A program made the position numbers and the translations under genes. Below are positions 24,847-29,449 of a stretch of DNA of 29,449 nucleotides, piece after piece (position 1 is the stretch's first letter; the number at the start of each line of letters is the position of its first letter). Location of the stretch: the IMG/VR virus record IMGVR_UViG_3300032373_000082, positions 1-29,449 of that record, one strand, 5' to 3'. A model generated the notes under the pieces. That model ran no database searches. It saw only the letters and a list, made by a program, of their open reading frames with translations, and had not been told where the DNA came from. This DNA is from a virus. Its lineage: Duplodnaviria > Caudoviricetes.

Positions 24847-26323
24847 ATGGTGGCCTTTCTTGGGTATTCTCTCGCGAACCATCACCTACATACGTCCATC
24901 GGCGGCGCTGTCGGCGCTTCTCGCCAATCTTCACCGGCATATCAACACGTTTAACCTTCCACCCTAACGAACGCATAATCGGCCCGACACGGTTCTCATG
25001 CGCCTGCTGAATGTGCGGCGCGTCCATCTTGATCGCATCCTGCAAGATCTCACGCGTGGCGAACGTCTTATCGAATCGCCCCTGCAACCACTCATCGATA
25101 ATGTCTTCCCACGGATCGCGCTGTAGACGATCGTCCTGCGCTTCCTTAACAACCGGGAATTCAGGGTCAGACTCATCAACCCAATATTTGTATCGCTGAT
25201 CACGATGCCCGCTCGAAACGCCTTCGGCGTAAAGCTGTAATGCCTCAGCCCACAGCTGGTCACGATTAGCACGCACCCAATCAAGATCGATGCGCGAGCA
25301 ATACGCAGGCCAAAACCGGCGGTTGCCGCTGTAATCTCTCAGGTAGGTATCATTGTTGGTCGTGCCCATAAACACAGTCTGGCGTGGCCAGTCCTGCACG
25401 TTGCGACCATACGGCGGCCTGAAACGATCCTGCGCCGTTGAAAAGAACTGCTTAAGCGTGGTCGTATCAGCCTTGTTAAACGAATCCAGCTCAGCCACCT
25501 CAAAGCCCCACACGCCCTGTATCAGTTGATAAGCATCTTTATCACCAATGTTGAGCGTCGCATCACTAAACCACTCACCGCCAAACAGGCAGCGCACCGT
25601 GGTTGATTTACCCTTACCCTGGATACCCTCAAGAATTAAAACGTTATCCATCTTGCAACCCGGATTCATCACCCGCGCCACCGCACCAATCAAAAACCGT
25701 TTGCCGATCAGCGAAAGATAAGTCTCGTTGTCACTACAGCCCAAGCCATTAACCAGCCAGCTTTCAAGCCTTGGTTGACCATCCCACCGTAACGGCTCCA
25801 GGTAATTACGCACCGGATGAAAACGGTTCGCCTTCGCCGTCACAATCAGCGAATCGGCAATGTCTTTATCATTAGGCGTAAAGCCAAAGTGATTCGCAAA
25901 CCACACACGCAACGCGGCAGTGTCCGAATCTTCCCACTCCCCCGCCTCACAACCTGGCATCGGTGGCGCTTTACGTTTAATGATCTTATAACTGAAATCA
26001 CAATAGCCCAGCACGCCCTGCCAACGCTCATCACACTGAAATACCAACGCCACATTAAACACCGAGCCGACCGGATCACCGCCTTTATTCGTCTCGTAAA
26101 GATCCTGCCAGCGCTCGTGCTCATCAACACTCGCAATCGGCATCAATTTATCGCCGCCACTATTATGGACTTTCCCTTTAAAAAGCTTCGCTACGATATC
26201 GGTATTGGGTGTTTTTGTTTCTGGCGTAACATCAAGCGCCGCTATGTCCTCACGTAGCTGCGCTGCCAGCGCCTCATCATCAGCGCCCTGGTCATTAAAA
26301 TCAGTTGGCCCCTTGCCCGTCAT
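24842..26323 (-). CDS. VapE (virulence-associated E) family P-loop helicase
   Basis: HPVR.YL, PGCK.D, Walker A EGIQGKGKST, E.AEL, GTTN..YL.D.SGNRRF. Confidence 0.93.
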   Translation of the reverse strand: MTGKGPTDFNDQGADDEALAAQLREDIAALDVTPETKTPNTDIVAKLFKGKVHNSGGDKLMPIASVDEHERWQDLYETNKGGDPVGSVFNVALVFQCDERWQGVLGYCDFSYKIIKRKAPPMPGCEAGEWEDSDTAALRVWFANHFGFTPNDKDIADSLIVTAKANRFHPVRNYLEPLRWDGQPRLESWLVNGLGCSDNETYLSLIGKRFLIGAVARVMNPGCKMDNVLILEGIQGKGKSTTVRCLFGGEWFSDATLNIGDKDAYQLIQGVWGFEVAELDSFNKADTTTLKQFFSTAQDRFRPPYGRNVQDWPRQTVFMGTTNNDTYLRDYSGNRRFWPAYCSRIDLDWVRANRDQLWAEALQLYAEGVSSGHRDQRYKYWVDESDPEFPVVKEAQDDRLQRDPWEDIIDEWLQGRFDKTFATREILQDAIKMDAPHIQQAHENRVGPIMRSLGWKVKRVDMPVKIGEKRRQRRRWTYVGDGSRENTQERPPL

Positions 26324-27327
26324 ACTTCCCTCTCATTAGCAAAACGCGGTAACACCACGGCACCACCAACTGCAGCAGCAGCCAGAATTGCCTTGGTGAC
26401 ACCAACATTAAAAGACTTGGTTCGATCGCGTAGGCGCGAGTCGTCATCAGGCACAACCTCAACAACCACATCAGGCCGCCGCGCACGCACCGAGCCAATC
26501 ACCCGCTGCACAGCAGACGAGCACTCAGAAACCCTGATAAACGCCTGCGGATAACCGTTAAAGCGATCATCATCAGCGAAAATCACAATCTTGATATTGG
26601 GATATACCCCTTTAAAAGCTTCGCATACCGGCAGTATGTTGCCTGCATCAAAAGCGGTGGCGATAGGTGTTTTGATTGCCTGGTAAATAGAGGCAGCAGT
26701 CGCATAACCCTCAGCAACACCTAAAGTGAAAGCTTGCCCTTTATCGGGCAAGCGCCCTATTAAATGAAACCGGCCTTGCTTCGCGCCGCCGGTTAAAAAA
26801 CGCTTATCACCATTTGCTTGAATAAACTGCAGAGACCATAACTTGCCATTGATATCGCGCACCGGCACCACAATCGCATCACTCTTCGCAAACCGAAGCC
26901 CCCACGCCTTAACACGCTTAGTCGTTAAGTATGGCGAGCGCCCGGTATCAGGTAGGTGTTGCCAGGTTCTAGCGGCGCGCTCAGCGGTCTCTTCCTGCAG
27001 CGCAGCCTTTTCACGCTTTGAGCGTTCGGCAGCCTCCGCAGCTAACCGGCGCGCTTCTTTAATATCTTCATCAGTAACTCCCTCGATATCTTCCAGCGTT
27101 AAGGTCGCATCAGCACCGGTCGCCCAGTTCATTAATTTGCCAACAATCGCCACCGTACCGCTGCTAAGTCGTAACTCACTTAAGCAGTACGCGCCGTTTT
27201 TTGGTTTACGTTTCTGCTGGCCGTTATAAGCAGGCACGCGGTGCCACTTGCCATCCATCGTAAAGGCTTTAACAATCACCCCAATCGAATCGGCGGCGCT
27301 ATGCACGCTGTCTAGCGCATTGCTCAA
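26320..27327 (-). CDS. Toprim-domain primase
   Basis: SLQFI..G.KRFL.GG, AEGYATA, AFDAGN and ADDD motifs; GGAGG SD before TTG 27327. Confidence 0.9.
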   Translation of the reverse strand: MSNALDSVHSAADSIGVIVKAFTMDGKWHRVPAYNGQQKRKPKNGAYCLSELRLSSGTVAIVGKLMNWATGADATLTLEDIEGVTDEDIKEARRLAAEAAERSKREKAALQEETAERAARTWQHLPDTGRSPYLTTKRVKAWGLRFAKSDAIVVPVRDINGKLWSLQFIQANGDKRFLTGGAKQGRFHLIGRLPDKGQAFTLGVAEGYATAASIYQAIKTPIATAFDAGNILPVCEAFKGVYPNIKIVIFADDDRFNGYPQAFIRVSECSSAVQRVIGSVRARRPDVVVEVVPDDDSRLRDRTKSFNVGVTKAILAAAAVGGAVVLPRFANEREV

Positions 27328-27497
27328 GCGCCCGCCTCCATACAGGCAGAACAAACAGCAAAGCCAGCAGCAGCACGGTCATTATCATCACCGCACTTAC
27401 TGCATGCATCAGGCCCAGCCAGGTTAACCGGCCCCACGTTTTTCATCGCGTCTTGTTGGCGCGCCAGCAAAGTGGTTGTAAAGTCAGCATCATCCAT
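27324..27497 (-). CDS. TraR/DksA-like C4 zinc-finger protein (57 aa, not in the ORF track)
   Basis: MDDADFTTTLLARQQDAM...CSKC-x13-CSAC; TTGA overlap with the primase start. Confidence 0.7.
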   Translation of the reverse strand: MDDADFTTTLLARQQDAMKNVGPVNLAGPDACSKCGDDNDRAAAGFAVCSACMEAGA

Positions 27498-27506
27498 TTG
27501 AACGGC

Positions 27507-27611
27507 CTACCGAATCCATGGCTTCGATCTGTCTTTACTTGATATCTCAATCATCATTCCTAACAGCACAATAAATACCGCGTATATCAATACAACTAAA
27601 GCAATCGTCAT
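27507..27611 (-). CDS. 34-aa single-pass membrane peptide MTIALVVLIYAVFIVLLGMMIEISSKDRSKPWIR
   Basis: ATGA overlap with the upstream gene; about 20-aa hydrophobic run and charged tail. Confidence 0.55.
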   Translation of the reverse strand: MTIALVVLIYAVFIVLLGMMIEISSKDRSKPWIR

Positions 27612-28189
27612 TTAGCTTTCTCCCTGTTTTCATCAATCGCACGTAACACAATCAAGTGCTGCTCCATGCTTTGTAAAATCTCTTCACGCGTATTAACGCT
27701 GTTCAATATGCCGTCATCCATCAGATCATTTGCGATAGCCAGGCTAGCCTCAGATGCCTCTGTCATAAACTTAACGTGGCGCATCATTTCGTCATCACCA
27801 ATTTCAATCGGCGAGAAAAGCAGGCCATCGTTATGCAGTAATAACTTGCGCAGCTGCATCCCGTATTGTTTGTCTGGTCGCACCTGATCCAGCGCCAACA
27901 CCAACGGCGTTTTAACGCAAAGCGGGAATGATCGCCCGCCCATCACACAGCGCATCAGCTCCTTGCGCGCGTTCTCTTCTTTGCGCGCCATCTCTTCACC
28001 GCCGTCATGCAGGTGAACCGCTTCAAACTTCGGCACATCCTTACCGGCAGGAATCATATCCAGAAAGATCGGCGCAAAGACTTCGCTTAATTTTGGCCAG
28101 GTCGTTCTTTTGCTCTTGATCAAAGCATCAACAAAATCACGAATGACCAAATGCTCAGGTCGGCGTTGCGCGGTTACGGACATTGGCAA
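27608..28189 (-). CDS. CII-position regulatory protein (YmfL/CII-like)
   Basis: Position after cro; C-terminal F..EASEA..AI...M.DG helix pair; AAGGGG SD. Confidence 0.65.
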   Translation of the reverse strand: MPMSVTAQRRPEHLVIRDFVDALIKSKRTTWPKLSEVFAPIFLDMIPAGKDVPKFEAVHLHDGGEEMARKEENARKELMRCVMGGRSFPLCVKTPLVLALDQVRPDKQYGMQLRKLLLHNDGLLFSPIEIGDDEMMRHVKFMTEASEASLAIANDLMDDGILNSVNTREEILQSMEQHLIVLRAIDENREKAK

Positions 28190-28232
28190 AGACCCCTTTC
28201 ATCGCTACGCTGCAGCCATGCAGTTAAAGACA

Positions 28233-28370
28233 ATAAAAAAAGCCCGCAGACCCGTAGAGGAGAGGGCCAAAGGTCGTGCGGGCAACGTTCGGCAGGGAGT
28301 GAACCCACCACAGAGCACCTTCCATCTAGGGAGGATGATCGCCGTTTGGGTGCAGCGTAAAAGGTGCTCT
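28233..28370 (-). ncRNA. Structured RNA element ending in an intrinsic terminator (tR1 position)
   Basis: 10-bp stem AGAGCACCTT/AAGGTGCTCT, small hairpin, then GCCCGCA..TGCGGGC plus T7; loops carry CU-rich anti-SD sequences. Confidence 0.6.
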
Positions 28371-28379
28371 TCGGTATGC

Positions 28380-28631
28380 TCATGCTGCCTTTTTCTGCCG
28401 AAGATCATCTGGAAGACCATCCTCAGGGTGCGGGTAAATCACAGGCGAAAGCTGATGAGGTGTCTTTTCCCAGCCGATAAAATCACACAGTGGAATGACT
28501 CTTTCCGGTGGAAGCGCCCTCGTCCACTTACTAACGCCCCAGGCGGAAAGCCCGAAGTGCCTCGCTACTTTTGACGGTTTCCCACCTAAGTCGATGGCCT
28601 CTTCAATGTTTTTTCTGGTGCGGTCGTCCAT
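28380..28631 (-). CDS. cro: Cro-like repressor (YdaS family)
   Basis: GG...VA..FGLS..VSKW...LPPER...TPHQL.P.IYP; divergent from cI. Confidence 0.9.
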   Translation of the reverse strand: MDDRTRKNIEEAIDLGGKPSKVARHFGLSAWGVSKWTRALPPERVIPLCDFIGWEKTPHQLSPVIYPHPEDGLPDDLRQKKAA

Positions 28632-28637
28632 ACCGGG

Positions 28638-28708
28638 AACTTACAACCGGAAGTAGCCTTTTGTCAACCGATAATAGGATTTACTACCGATGGTTGCAGG
28701 TCTAGCAT
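28638..28708. promoter_or_regulatory. Divergent PR/PRM promoters with three operators
   Basis: PR (-): TTGACA 28667-28662, N18, TAAGTT. PRM (+): TTTACT 28680-28685, N17, TAGCAT. Operators CWACC-N3-RRTWG at 28644, 28665 and 28684. Confidence 0.7.
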
Positions 28709-28715
28709 TGTGTTT

Positions 28716-29216
28716 ATGAAGGAAAATGAAAAACAGGCTTTCTCTAATCGCCTGATATTAGCCATGAAGGCCACGCCCGACGCTGTGAAAACAGGCACCA
28801 AGCACGGTGTCGATGCCGCTAAGCTGAAAGCTAAAGCCCGCGTGTCACGCGAAATGGCTCGCCGCTATCTCGAAGGCATGGCTATACCTAACCCAGACCC
28901 AATGAAAGCGATTGCTGAATGGTTAAACGTGCGGGTTACATGGCTAAGGGATGGTGAGGCACCAATGGCAGCGGGCAACACAAGTGTCCGAGAAAACAGC
29001 GGCTATTATTACCCAGCTCAATATCAACAACTGATTGCGGATCTCGACAAACTCCCAATCAGCGTGACCAATCATATTTCCAGCCTTATCTCTGAGCTAG
29101 CGCGCCTCTCTTCCCAGGAAGAAACCGATCGGGCTAGCAAAGATGGCTTTGAATTCGGCGTAAAGATGGCTGAAAATACCACGGAAAGCATAAAAGCGCG
29201 TAAAAAACAGGGTTAA
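28716..29216 (+). CDS. cI: CI-like XRE-family repressor without an S24 peptidase domain
   Basis: F..RL..AM, VSREMARRYLEG.A.P, IAEWLNV...WLR.GE; short helical C-terminus. Confidence 0.85.
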   Translation: MKENEKQAFSNRLILAMKATPDAVKTGTKHGVDAAKLKAKARVSREMARRYLEGMAIPNPDPMKAIAEWLNVRVTWLRDGEAPMAAGNTSVRENSGYYYPAQYQQLIADLDKLPISVTNHISSLISELARLSSQEETDRASKDGFEFGVKMAENTTESIKARKKQG

Positions 29217-29436
29217 TCTGTAAAATTTTACACTTACCCTAACCCCAGCGGAAAGGCACAAACAGTAGTCTTGTTTATGTCAGCTTAAGGGGTTTACCTA
29301 ATGGGGCGCAGCACAAGTTTATCTAGACATAATGACTTTCCGCTAAAGAAGCTGACCACCGTCCTACACGTGGATTAACGCAGTGCGTCAGCGCCATAAT
29401 GTTTAATGACGATGAGGTCATAAACTTATCAGGATC

Positions 29437-29449
29437 GGAGGTCAGCATG
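29437..29449 (+). promoter_or_regulatory. SD plus start codon of the next gene beyond the window
   Basis: GGAGG-tcagc-ATG at the last bases. Confidence 0.55.

Larger units (their letters stand above)
79..29449 (-). mobile_element. Temperate prophage with lambda-like cos/GpA head and Mu-like contractile tail; continues beyond the right edge
   Basis: att site plus contiguous immunity, replication, packaging, head and tail modules with coupled start/stop overlaps. Confidence 0.97.

Noticed and set aside
26301-26498. 65-aa alternative-frame ORF at the primase/helicase junction
   Set aside because: Not in the helicase frame and carries no motif, so it does not bridge the two genes
28110-28574. 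Several overlapping ORFs between cro and the CII-like gene
   Set aside because: No protein-like features; the region is better explained by RNA structure

Overview
Almost the whole window (79-29449) is one arm of an apparently intact temperate prophage, probably in a proteobacterium. It is integrated at tRNA-Arg(CCT); the duplicated 3' tRNA half (att core) lies at 79-127. Reading the minus strand from the right end: a cI/cro switch, a CII-like gene, two small unannotated genes (one TraR/DksA-like), a Toprim primase plus VapE-type helicase, an iterated origin, a lambda-type cos, and terS/terL (GpA type). Next come a head-completion gene, a double-HTH regulator and a four-gene accessory fibre cassette (DNRLRE/CBM-like tip on ten 20-aa repeats) inserted before the portal. 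Then a lambda-type portal, a fused protease-capsid gene, neck genes, a complete Mu-like contractile tail, a beta-propeller tail fibre and a small PagL-like half-barrel gene. An AT-rich moron region by the att site carries NrdR-box-like palindromes, a sigma70 promoter, hairpins and microproteins. No integrase (probably beyond the right edge) and no recognisable endolysin or spanin are present. All family assignments are from motif recognition and synteny by eye; no searches were run.
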